Of a DNA stretch of 40,933 nucleotides, positions 9,459 to 19,063 are shown piece after piece. The stretch spans positions 1-40,933 of the forward strand of contig CAWDKY010000012.1 of the NCBI GenBank assembly GCA_963802945.1. Direction: 5' to 3'. The notes beneath the pieces are model-generated. The model saw only the letters and a list, made by a program, of their open reading frames with translations, had not been told where the DNA came from and made no database searches. Both the position numbers and the translations under genes were made by a program. Every line of letters begins with the position of its first letter. The first letter of the stretch is position 1. This DNA comes from an uncultured delta proteobacterium (lineage in GTDB: Bacteria > Desulfobacterota > RBG-13-43-22).

Positions 9459-9965
9459 ATGCGTCAGGTCATTTCAGTCTTGGTTAGAAACCACCCCGGG
9501 GTATTGTCCCATGTGGCCGGCCTCTTTGCGCGGCGGGCTTATAATATCGAGAGTATCGTAGCCGGAATCACCGAGCGTCCGGACATCACCCGGATTACGA
9601 TGGTGGTCACTGGCGACGAGGCGACCCTGGAACAGGTGGCCAAACAGCTCAGAAAATTGATCGATGTCATTGGGGTTATCGATTTAAAATATTCCCAATC
9701 CATCACCCGGGAGCTGATCCTGATGACGGTCTATCTGCCGCCGGAAAAACGCGTTGAATTGATCCAGGTAGCCAATTCCTTCGGGGCCACTATTGTGGAC
9801 ATCTCCGATCAGACCGCCACGGTGGAGTTTTCCGGCAATGAACGGCGGATCAACACCCTGCTCATGGCCCTGGCCCCTTTCAAAGTTAAGGAGATCGCCC
9901 GAACCGGGCTGATCGCCCTGCCCTTGGAAAGCATTGTAACTGACAGCCGGGAATTTTTGGCCTGA
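9459..9965 (+). CDS. ilvN: Acetolactate synthase small regulatory subunit
   Basis: ACT domain ISVLVRNHPGVLSHVAGLFARRAYNIES, KQLRKLIDV, EIARTG; follows ilvB. Confidence 0.95.
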   Translation: MRQVISVLVRNHPGVLSHVAGLFARRAYNIESIVAGITERPDITRITMVVTGDEATLEQVAKQLRKLIDVIGVIDLKYSQSITRELILMTVYLPPEKRVELIQVANSFGATIVDISDQTATVEFSGNERRINTLLMALAPFKVKEIARTGLIALPLESIVTDSREFLA

Positions 9966-10099
9966 GGAAGGGGAACTACGATCCATCAGCCCTGAATAGA
10001 TCGAAGTCTGCCTTGCCAAAATAGCATCTAAAATCCTCTCCATCCTCCTTTACATTCCCTCGTTGTCCGTGCGAATCCGTGGCCAAAAACTAATGAGGT

Positions 10100-10213
10100 G
10101 TTCTGACCAGTAGTTGGGTTGACAGACAGTGTCAAAATAACTCCTTTTGTAGCTTTCAACAACAATTCTAAAGCGATCGGTCTGAAAATTAACGATTACT
10201 GTTGAAATGTGCA
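10100..10213 (+). repeat. Dispersed repeat of about 115 bp, possibly an IS-end remnant (copy 1)
   Basis: cagtagttgggtt..c.gacagtgtc...ataactc...attctaaagcgatcg...gaaaattaac aligns with 36787-36899. Confidence 0.75.
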
Positions 10214-10221
10214 AAAAATAT

Positions 10222-10460
10222 AAAAAGGTGACAGATTTATTTTTTAGTCTTTTTGGTCGACCCGGACCACAGAATTCCACTTGCCGTTCAATCTTCTTTT
10301 CAATTTCAAATAATCCTCATCCAAAGCAAAAACCGTTTGCCTGTTACGGCCTTGCTGGATGATATGATGTGGATAGTCTGCGATGACTATTTGCGATGTC
10401 CTTGGCCTGGCTAAACTTCTAATACACACCGATTAAAATCTATAAATCTGTTCCCTTTTT
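10222..10460 (-). mobile_element. Internally deleted RAYT-like (Y1 HUH transposase) element with IRs
   Basis: N-terminal PRTSQIVIADYPHHIIQQGRNRQTVFALDEDY is joined directly to a C-terminal ...GPGRPK. IRs aaaaaggtgacagatttat / ataaatctgttcccttttt match at 17 of 19. Confidence 0.75.
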
Positions 10461-10633
10461 GTACGCTTTAGGGACAGAATTGACACCAGCCCCTGTCAGA
10501 TCAACTACTTCCCGTGGCCCATTTTAACAGTGGAAGGCTTGCCCAGGATAAAAGCAGCCATTACATGATTCCACTTATTGAGGCCAAGTGAATAAAAGAT
10601 AGCCCCAGTAAATTTCAAACTAATGTCTTCAAA

Positions 10634-11897
10634 TCATCGCGATCGCGGATAGCTTTCGGCAATGGTTTTTCCAGCAGCCATCGCCAAAATTTCATTATTG
10701 CCGTCTTCGATGAGGGACGCCCTGGCATCCCGGAAAAGCTTTTCCGGCAGATATTCTCTGCAGAGGCCGTTGCCGCCGAAGAGTTGAATGGCTTCGTCAG
10801 CGACTTCGAGAGCAAGTCGAGTGCAGGTGATCTTAGAGGCGACGCTGTATTCAAGAAATGGTAGGCCGTTCGGCGGTGCCGAATTATAGGCTCTGACGGC
10901 CCGGGAAAGGGCCCGGCAAGTCTCCACTTTTGTAAACATCTCCGCCAGACGCTGTCTGACAGAATGATGCTCGATGATCGGTTTCCCGCCCTGGACACGC
11001 CCTTTGGCATAATTCAAGGCCTCTTCAAATGCCGCCCTGGCCAGTCCAGTGGCGATATTACCCATAATAGCGTTGGCGTTGCTCAGGATGGCTCTGTGAA
11101 GAAACATCAACATATCAGCGCCGAAAAGGAGATAATCCCCCGGTATCCGGGCGTTGTCAAAAAAGATTTCGCCCTGGTTCAAATCACGCTGACCCATTTT
11201 CTCAAGAGGTTTTCCTTTAGTTACGCCTGGAATGTCCAAAGGACAAAAGAAAACGCCCCCTCCTGAAATCCCTTTGGAAGCGTCCACTTCAGCAAACAAG
11301 AGAGCACAATTGGCTATGGTGCCGCCGGAAACCCAGGCCGCTTTTTGCCCGTTGATGACCCACTCCGTCCCATCTTGTCTTGCCCTGACATTCCAGCGCA
11401 CATCCGATTTTGCGAATATTTGTTCGTCGCAGGAAATCAAATCCGACCCGTGTTCCACTTCGGTAATAGCCCAGCAGCCGCGCAATGGATCCGTCTTTAC
11501 ACTGGCAGAAAGGCTTCACGAATCGGTCGGCAAGCCTCAGGTCGCCTGTGAGACGCGCCTTGGCGGCGATGAGGGCGAAAGGCATACTGATGACGCTAAG
11601 AAGCACGGTAAGGCCGAAGCTGCCCCATCCCAGCTCTTCGGTCACCATATGCGATTGAAGCGGAGTGAGACCTACACCGCCTACATCCGACGGTAGATAG
11701 GAACAGTGATACCCCTGGGCGAAGGCGGCCTTGAGGAAATCCCACAGCGGCGAGTCTTTCGCTATGGCTGCTTCGGCGCTCAGGCCGTCCAATTTTTTCG
11801 CCACCGGCCGCATGATCTCGGCGGCAAACTTGTGCGCGGCCTGTCGGAGGGCCATATCTTCCGCTGTCACACTCAAATCCAAATCGAGGTAATCCAT
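10634..11897 (-). CDS. Acyl-CoA dehydrogenase (one frameshift near 11485)
   Basis: ORFs 11289-11897 and 10634-11485 join: EELGWG, GCWAITE..HGSD, WVINGQKAWVS, KMGQR, AIQLFGGNG, EKLFRDAR..IEDG. Confidence 0.9.
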
Positions 11898-11938
11898 TCA
11901 ACACCTCCTTATTTCTTAGGATTTGAATAAAGTAATCT

Positions 11939-12733
11939 CTAATCCGGACGCATGGCATCAAGCTTCATAAATCCGAACGGTGCAAAGGCTTCGGGGTCCG
12001 CTTCCGCTACAATCTTGCCCGGCAGCATCGTGTTGTTGCCGACACTATGGACAGCCCCTAAGACTCGAACGATCTCTACCTCACCCCAATAGTCATGTTT
12101 CGAAGAACGAAAAACCATCTGAGCTTCACCCATTTTCATGGATTCTCGACGAAATCGAACGATTTCTCGCATGAGGCGGGGATTATAGTCGAACCCTTTT
12201 CTCTCCGGCGCCTGGAAAAATTTGAAATTATAGACGACGGTGTCCGACTCGTCTTTTAAGGTTTCCAAGAGCAGTTGTTGAACGGCCTCATCATTGAACT
12301 TACCGGTCATTTTAGCCGTGACCTCAAAGAAACGGGTGCCGTGGCGTTCCGTCCATCCTTCAATTAGATCACCGTTTTTATTCAAGGCGATATTGGCAAT
12401 CTTTTTCGGGTAACCGAAAACTTCCCGCCCCAGGATCAAAGCCATGTCATTAGTCACCGGCATGGACAGAATGTATATACCCTGTTCGCCGTTGTAATCC
12501 GCCAGGAGACATAGAGCACTTTCTAAATAGGAGACGCCGAAATTTGTCTTAGGATAGTTGGCGATAAAAGCAGCACCGACCGGTAATATGGCCGGCTTGA
12601 GAGGGGCCGGAAGCAGTCGCGCTACGATCTCCGATTTGGTTTCAAAATAAACAGTCAACATTTCCGCGCCGTAAAATTCAATTTGCGGCACATCATAAAA
12701 GGCCATTTCTTCCTTAGATTTGACAAAGCTCAT
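11939..12733 (-). CDS. Acetoacetate decarboxylase-like (Adc) family protein
   Basis: LLPAPL, YLESAL, and GREVFGYPKK containing the Schiff-base Lys motif. Confidence 0.9.
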   Translation of the reverse strand: MSFVKSKEEMAFYDVPQIEFYGAEMLTVYFETKSEIVARLLPAPLKPAILPVGAAFIANYPKTNFGVSYLESALCLLADYNGEQGIYILSMPVTNDMALILGREVFGYPKKIANIALNKNGDLIEGWTERHGTRFFEVTAKMTGKFNDEAVQQLLLETLKDESDTVVYNFKFFQAPERKGFDYNPRLMREIVRFRRESMKMGEAQMVFRSSKHDYWGEVEIVRVLGAVHSVGNNTMLPGKIVAEADPEAFAPFGFMKLDAMRPD

Positions 12734-13461
12734 AATCGACCTCCTTCTATTTATGATTCAAGTTTTCATTTGCGAGCGGCATTGTGGAGATTCATGCTGC
12801 TTCAAGCCGGTTCCCTACCTCTTTGCTGCCGCGGAATCCGGCCGTGTAAACCCGTAGTCACCTCAACTCCTGCCACAGTTTCAAAACCGGGTGGCATGTA
12901 AAGATTAAAATCAAAAAGTTTTGTCTTTTGATAAGTACTTCTTGTTTTATAGTTGAAGTATAGGAAGACAAAATTTGTGTGTCAATAGAAGTTTTATAGC
13001 AACATGTTGGGCTGATTAAGGAATACGATTCGAAATAATGCCTGCTCCGAAAAATTATCGAACACTCACTTACAGTAAGAGGAAGCTGTCGGTAAAAAAG
13101 CCCCCTTGACATATTTTTCAAGATCGCTACGTCATCGGAAGCACTGACTGCCTTTATAAGTCTTTAAAAAACATGACCTCAAAAATTAACGATTACTGTT
13201 TGAAATATTTAATTCGCCCCTCGATCAGATGACGCGGTTCGGAAAGTATTTCCATAAATGGTAAGGGAGTGTGGGCATCATCATTTTTCTTTTGACGAAA
13301 TCTCCTGGGAACAATACTATAAAAACGGCGATGTTGATGAAATAATAAGTTTCTAAGTGGCTGTGGTCAAATAGGTATGTACCAGGGTTTATTTGAATAT
13401 AATACTCCAGTCTTGTAAAAAGTGCTTTCGAGGAAGCTTCTTATGGGGATTTTGCTTAAAA

Positions 13462-13617
13462 GCCAGAAGGGCCTGACGGCTTTACGGCAAATGGAACCAC
13501 CCTGCCGGTCTCAATATAGGAGATTGCTGTGCTTATGCCTTGGTCAAATATTCCGGCGAACCGTTGCTCTTTAAAGGCAAGAATTTTTCGCGGACGGATA
13601 TTCTCTCAGTGTTTTAA
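13462..13617 (+). pseudogene. C-terminal remnant of a VapC/PIN toxin
   Basis: ARRA*RLYGKWNHPAGLNIGDCCAYALVKYSGEPLLFKGKNFSRTDI, with an internal stop and no N-terminus. Confidence 0.8.
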
Positions 13618-13701
13618 AACAGATCCTGAGGACCTTCCCTAAATATAATCCAGGTAATAAAGAGGCACTCTCTCCCTATTTTTTTCAATTTTAATTTCGA
13701 A

Positions 13702-15303
13702 TTATTTTCCGAAGCCGGCCTTGGCAAGGTCGGAACGGATCCAGAGCCGCGCAACCGCATAATCGGGGGGGATCAGGACATACCTTCGGCTCACATGGTT
13801 GGGAAGCGAGAATGGAGAGACGGTGTCGGAGCCGGTGAAGGCTTTGAGGAATTTCCGGTCACCACTTTCCATCGTGACCAGAATCGGGATGGGGGCGAAC
13901 GACGATGGGTGTCCGGATGGAATCGCCGAGCACTGATAGAGCACGCCCGCCTCGTCCCTCAGGTACCATGCCAGGGGCCAGAGGTAGGGAAGGGAGATGA
14001 AAGCCCGAGGAATTGAGCCGCAGGGAATTCCCGAAAGAAACCGCCGGATGTCACTGACAAGGGCCATCTGTTCCTCGCCCGTTTGGTGATAGACTATCGG
14101 TTCGGTGATCGGGTCAGCGGGACGCTCAAAGTTCAGGAGAAGTGTCCGCGGGAGGGAAAGAAGGATGAAAATTGTGCCGATCAAGATTGGGACCCAGGGT
14201 CGCTTCACCCATGCCGGGATTTCTATCAGCGTCACCCCACCATAACCGCTTAAGATCGCCATGGGGAGCAGGGGCGTAAGAAGGAGCCACGGTGTCTTAT
14301 AGGGGGGAAGGGCGAGGGAGACCCCGGCCGTCAGTAAGGCATAGAAGGTGAGGAAGAGGGCGAAAGGGCGGCGGAATCGGAAGGCGGAACAGGCCCCTGC
14401 CAGGAACAGGACCAGGATCGGCCATTCATAAAACAGGAGAAGGAAAAGATAAAAAGAGGCTGGATGGTTGTGAAGGGTCGCCGCTCCGACGCTCGAGGCT
14501 CCCAATGACAGCATCTCCCTCAGGTTCCACGCTAAGTTTCCCAGTCCCGCGGTGTTCTTAAAGAAGTCGCTGTAAGCCCCCACCACGAAGAGCAGTCCCA
14601 GGAGGGCCCCCACGAGGAAAGACAGGGGACGACGGGCCGCATTCCGGAATCCCGCCCGTAGGGCCGAGCGGAATCTTTCGCCCCCCGCCACCGCCCCAAG
14701 GGCCAGCGCCGCCACGACACACCCCCAGACGACGATAAAGGTCTCTTTTACGGTCACCATCCAGGCGCCAGCAAGAAAAAGACCCACAAGAGAAAAACCA
14801 CTCCTCCCCGAGGCAAAGGCGACCCCGCAACCCAAGAAGAGCGCCGTCGCGGTCAGGAAATCGATCTCCTGGATGGCATAGCGGGAATAATAGACAAACG
14901 AAGGGGAAAAGGCCAGAAGCCCGGCCGCCAGGATCAACCCAGGTTCCCTCAGGCGACTCCTGAAGGGGAGGAGAGTCAAGGGAAGGAAACATCCCGCAAG
15001 GGCATAAGGAAGTCGGATCCAGAAGGAGGACTCTCCACCGATTGCCATCACAGCGCCTCCCAGAAAGTATTGAAAGGGGCCGTGCCGGTTGGCAAACTCG
15101 TAGACGAAGGAACCGGAGCGGGCCACTTCGCGAAAAATGCTTGCCCCGATCGCTTCATCGCCGTGAAGCGGCCGGATCTCCAGGGCGGCGAGGCGGAGAA
15201 AAGCCCCGGCCGCCAGGATGGCGGCAAAAATCCATTTCGTAGTCCGACACCGGCCCGTTGCGCTTTCTGTTGAGCCGTTCATCCTGCAGGGTTCCCCGTA
15301 CAT
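13702..15303 (-). CDS. Polytopic GT-C-type glycosyltransferase, Agl23/TIGR03663-like
   Basis: RPLHGDEA, HGPFQY, FSPSFVYYSRYAIQE, KE, YKTPW and WPLAWYLR motifs with many TM helices. Confidence 0.75.
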   Translation of the reverse strand: MYGEPCRMNGSTESATGRCRTTKWIFAAILAAGAFLRLAALEIRPLHGDEAIGASIFREVARSGSFVYEFANRHGPFQYFLGGAVMAIGGESSFWIRLPYALAGCFLPLTLLPFRSRLREPGLILAAGLLAFSPSFVYYSRYAIQEIDFLTATALFLGCGVAFASGRSGFSLVGLFLAGAWMVTVKETFIVVWGCVVAALALGAVAGGERFRSALRAGFRNAARRPLSFLVGALLGLLFVVGAYSDFFKNTAGLGNLAWNLREMLSLGASSVGAATLHNHPASFYLFLLLFYEWPILVLFLAGACSAFRFRRPFALFLTFYALLTAGVSLALPPYKTPWLLLTPLLPMAILSGYGGVTLIEIPAWVKRPWVPILIGTIFILLSLPRTLLLNFERPADPITEPIVYHQTGEEQMALVSDIRRFLSGIPCGSIPRAFISLPYLWPLAWYLRDEAGVLYQCSAIPSGHPSSFAPIPILVTMESGDRKFLKAFTGSDTVSPFSLPNHVSRRYVLIPPDYAVARLWIRSDLAKAGFGK

Positions 15304-15632
15304 CTTGTCCCCGCCTTGTTTGGAGGGTCACCCGGATGAGCCGGACGGACATTTAACAATAATTTCCTTTTCATGGGAAGAATATAAAACAAGGGAAAGA
15401 CAGGATCAAGGAGAAAAATAGGGCGAAAAGCAGGGGGAAGAAGGTCGTTTTCTAGTGTAGATGGGCTTTACAGGTCGGGATTTTTAAATTTATTCCCGTT
15501 AGAAATATGGGAGAAAAAGTTAGACTCCCCGGCCTTTAACTTGAGGTGCCAGGGATCCTTTTTTTCCTTAGCCGCCTCCTTTCTTTGGGCTAACACAGAG
15601 CTTATCACATTGTCCAATTTTTAGGGACCACC

Positions 15633-16070
15633 TCAATCTTCATAAGGGCTGGTCAACTGCTGCCAGGAAGACGGTTTCTTGACCTCTCGATATGGACTTG
15701 TCAGTGTTTTGGGCTCCTCGCCGAATTTTCTATAAAGTTGTTGATAATTTTCAGGATCCCTATACCATCCGGGATATCTGGTGACATCAGACCATTCATA
15801 AGAAGATGTCCGTAAGGTCGGATCCCGAATCACCTGATTTTGTAAAGGATAATTAGGATTATAGACATAGGGATTATAGACATAGGGATTATAGGCATAG
15901 GGACTATAATAGGAAGGGGAACTCCCATAGGCATAGGGATTATTGCGCCATGAACTGGAACCCACCCCACCCGCCCCACTGTGACCCACTTGGGCCAGCG
16001 CGGACGGCAGACTTGATATCATCCCCAAAGCAATTATGAAAATAAAAATACTAAATCCTCTTTTCATCAT
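15633..16070 (-). CDS. Secreted Tyr/Pro-rich low-complexity protein
   Basis: AGGAGA RBS before MMKRGFS; signal peptide ending ALA; 15-bp tandem repeat at 15856-15900 encoding PY(A/V)YN. Confidence 0.7.
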   Translation of the reverse strand: MMKRGFSIFIFIIALGMISSLPSALAQVGHSGAGGVGSSSWRNNPYAYGSSPSYYSPYAYNPYVYNPYVYNPNYPLQNQVIRDPTLRTSSYEWSDVTRYPGWYRDPENYQQLYRKFGEEPKTLTSPYREVKKPSSWQQLTSPYED

Positions 16071-16180
16071 AAACTCTCCTTTTAAGGATAAATTGCCATC
16101 AAAAAAGGTCCTTAATTTAATAAGCAATTTATACACTATAATTGGCAAAAAGTCAATTATTTTAAAAAAGATGGGGATAT

Positions 16181-17041
16181 TTAAAATCCCAGCTTATAGA
16201 GCAAAAAAACAAGACTCGAGGCGCCCAGACAATAGATGCCAAAAAATTGCCAAAGCCCTTGTTCTAACCAACGGGAGAGCCACCGGAGGGCCAAGAGCCC
16301 TGAGATGCAACTAAAAACCATCCCCATGAGGCTGGGATAAAAGAGACCGACGAGGCTAACCCTATCCGATAAAAAGACCGGATGGGCCTTCAATAGTCGA
16401 AGAGCTTCGCGGATGATAATCGGTGGGGTAATTACAACGGCAAGTGCGAAGCTGAATTCCTCAGCCTTCACCTTTGAAATTCCATTTATTAATCCTACGG
16501 ATATCGTGGCCCCGGATCGGGAAAAGCCCCGAAAAGGAAGGCAGAGGCCTTGAATGGCCCCTATCCAAGATGTTTCTTTAAAACCCAGGACCGCCGATTT
16601 AGTTGACCGATCTCCATACATTCCCGCATAAATAATTAATAAACCCACTACAGCAAGACTCACAGCGATTAAGGCCAAATTGCCAAAAAGTAGCTCAACC
16701 TCTGCCTGAGGGACATGACTAAAAATAAATCGTTCGATAAGAAACTTCAAGGCAAGTCCAATGGCCCCGGTGAAGGCAGTGGCAACCAAGACCAGGGTGA
16801 AGAAACTCCAAAACTCCTTTCTTGACGAAAAAAAGTCCATTTTCCATGAATTCCAGAAATAGAAGATTACCGCAAACATCGTACCGGTATGCAACATCAC
16901 CAAGATAAGGGTCATCTCCGGATTGGTTGGGTCAAGACCCATCAATTTTTCAGCTAAAATGACATGGGCAGAACTGGAAATTGGCAGGAGCTCTGCTGCT
17001 CCTTGAACGATGGCCAAAATTAGAATTTTAATAATTGACAT
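16181..17041 (-). CDS. uppP: Undecaprenyl-diphosphate phosphatase (BacA)
   Basis: VQGAAELLPISSSAH, LHTGT, GFSRSGATI and AEEFSF motifs. Confidence 0.92.
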   Translation of the reverse strand: MSIIKILILAIVQGAAELLPISSSAHVILAEKLMGLDPTNPEMTLILVMLHTGTMFAVIFYFWNSWKMDFFSSRKEFWSFFTLVLVATAFTGAIGLALKFLIERFIFSHVPQAEVELLFGNLALIAVSLAVVGLLIIYAGMYGDRSTKSAVLGFKETSWIGAIQGLCLPFRGFSRSGATISVGLINGISKVKAEEFSFALAVVITPPIIIREALRLLKAHPVFLSDRVSLVGLFYPSLMGMVFSCISGLLALRWLSRWLEQGLWQFFGIYCLGASSLVFLLYKLGF

Positions 17042-17152
17042 ATAATAATCTTCAGCCTATTCATAATCTATAGAATTTTCCTAAAATAGTATTAGCCATC
17101 TCAGATCGATCCAATTCCTCTGGCCATTGGAGTACCCGGATAAAGGCTTATC

Positions 17153-17350
17153 CTATTCTTTTTTATCAGTCGTGTCTTTTTCAATTTCTTTGGGCTTGGA
17201 TGGTGTCTCTTCCTCATGACCATAAAGCCCGTTTTTAAATTCTTGGATTCCTTTCCCCAAGCCTTTCCCAATTTCTGGTAATTTCTTCCCACCAAAGATA
17301 AAAGCGGCTATTATTAAAATAACTATTAAATCTTGATTTATACCGATCAT
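17153..17350 (-). CDS. tatA: TatA/E twin-arginine translocase subunit
   Basis: N-terminal TM helix followed by FGGKKLPEIGKGLGKGIQEFK. Confidence 0.93.
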   Translation of the reverse strand: MIGINQDLIVILIIAAFIFGGKKLPEIGKGLGKGIQEFKNGLYGHEEETPSKPKEIEKDTTDKKE

Positions 17351-17751
17351 AACTACCTGCCTTCCTTTTTACCTATTTTATTGTAAAAAGATTAATTTAA
17401 CCTCTTTGTTTGTCTTCCAATAAATAGACTTATCCTGCTTAGCCCTTAATATTGGTTACGAGTAGTAATATACACCATTTTCAAACTTTTTAGAAATGGG
17501 GATTTATAGGAAGAAGCCCACAACTTTCCCCGAAAATTGCCTACCCTACCGAATTCAAATGGGACACCTACTACTATTCAAAAAAGATAACCCTAACAAA
17601 TAACGATTACGGATGGAAATATGGGAGAACTGGTTGGACTACCCCTTTTGTCTTATCTAACGTTTCTATGACTCCTTGAAATCGCCAACCTCTGCTTCAT
17701 CCCTACTTCTCAGAAAAAGAACCCCTGTGGACTGTTTAACTGGAGTCCTTT

Positions 17752-18249
17752 TTAATCGTTTTTACGATATTCAACGATATTAGCTTTGAAGCCCTTGGAA
17801 GACAAAAAATCTTGATACTGCCTTAAGGAGTCAAAAGGTCCGTGGGTGCCCATAATAGGACTAAGCTGACCACCAGCCGAATAGTCCATAATAAACAGTT
17901 TACCATCCAAGGTAAAAGTGGTTGCCCAGTGATTTGGAAGTCCCGCAAATTCGATAAAAATAAATTTAGCATTATAAGCTGGATTGATCCGATTCAAAGC
18001 GTCTTTGGCAAAAGCTGCCCCATCATAACACCTGCCTGATCTCAATTTGAAGGTTTCCTCGGGAGATCGAGGAACAAAACTCATCGGTCTTGTTTTATCA
18101 AACGTAAAATATTTATCCAACCACTTGGTCACGTCCTTGTAGGAAGCCCATTGGGCCACCGTCTCTTCATAGGATGCGGCCTGAAGCGGAACGCTGGCAT
18201 TCAAAAACACTACGAATAAGATCAACCCGACAATGAAAAACTTTTTCAT
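17752..18249 (-). CDS. Secreted transglutaminase-like / cysteine-protease-fold protein
   Basis: Signal peptide; SPEETF..RSGRCYDGA, NHW and IMDY give a Cys-His-Asp triad; AAGGAGG RBS. Confidence 0.65.
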   Translation of the reverse strand: MKKFFIVGLILFVVFLNASVPLQAASYEETVAQWASYKDVTKWLDKYFTFDKTRPMSFVPRSPEETFKLRSGRCYDGAAFAKDALNRINPAYNAKFIFIEFAGLPNHWATTFTLDGKLFIMDYSAGGQLSPIMGTHGPFDSLRQYQDFLSSKGFKANIVEYRKND

Positions 18250-18419
18250 CGTCCTTACCTCCTTCTTGATGGTTTATCTTGGATGAAGTCAGCATAAAAA
18301 TGAAAAAATTAAGAGTCACGGCCAAATAAATGGAATTTTTATCCCCTAAATTTCAAGTCCCTTTTATTGACTATAAGTTTGTAACCTTTAGGTTTTCATT
18401 TTATCACAGATGAAGAGTA

Positions 18420-18477
18420 CAGGAAGAAAGTCACCATCACACTTGACAATAGGCAATATCTGTATAGTTAAATCCTG
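18420..18477 (+). repeat. Dispersed repeat of about 55 bp (copy 1)
   Basis: caggaagaa...accatca.acttgacaat...ctgtata.t.aaatcctg aligns with 39125-39174. Confidence 0.65.
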
Positions 18478-18583
18478 TTTTTCCCAGCTATTATAGTACC
18501 GGCTCTAAATTAACCGAAATAGACTTTTATTATTTATTAAAGCACATAAATCGATCATTTATTATGCAACATCAAGACTTATT

Positions 18584-19063
18584 CTACTCGCCTTCCTTTT
18601 CAGTCTGATCCAAAAGCTCCCCCAGGGCATAGGCCGTGTCTTCGACTACTTTAATACAAAACTGGCGGCGACTATCGGGGTTTCCACGAAACGCCTTGAC
18701 TTGTTCCGGGTCCATGAAATTCACCCGGGCGATATTGGAGCAATAGATCCCTCCATATTCTTGGGTCAGGTCCTCAAATTTTTCAGAAATCTTCTGCCTT
18801 AAACGTCGCAGTTGGGGTTGCTCTTTCTCCTCCAAATTACCTCGACCATAAAGGCTGGAGATCAAGGCCACACCTCCTAACAAGGCCCCACAGATCCCCC
18901 GGCTGTCGGCGACAATGCCTCCCCCCAAGCCGCTCATGGCTTTGATCAACGATTCATTCCGAATATTCATCTTTTCCTGACCCACGGCCAGGATCGCCTG
19001 ACTTCAATGAAAACGATTTAGAAAAAGTTCCCTTGCCCGCCGTCTCATGTCCTCATTTGTCAT
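18584..19063 (-). CDS. C-GCAxxG-C-C family redox protein, selenoprotein (Sec at codon 20)
   Basis: GAGGTG RBS, then MTNEDMRRRARELFLNRFH-UGA-SQAILAVGQEK in frame with GLGGG...GICGALLGG...YC...FC. The UGA sits at the family's first conserved Cys, and a SECIS-like hairpin follows. Confidence 0.88.
18975..18993 (-). promoter_or_regulatory. Bacterial SECIS element
   Basis: UCCUGGCC-GUG-GGUCAGGA forms an 8-bp stem with a G-first loop, 18 nt after the UGA. Confidence 0.8.

Noticed and set aside
12780-12900. Riboswitch upstream of the Adc-family gene
   Set aside because: Hairpins are present, but there is no recognisable aptamer consensus or expression platform.
13474-13476. Selenocysteine at the TGA in the VapC remnant
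   Set aside because: The position is normally aromatic (TGG to TGA is likely), the gene lacks its 5' part, and there is no convincing SECIS.
15856-15910. CRISPR-like repeats
   Set aside because: These are adjacent 15-bp coding repeats without spacers. No repeat-spacer array or cas gene is seen in the window.
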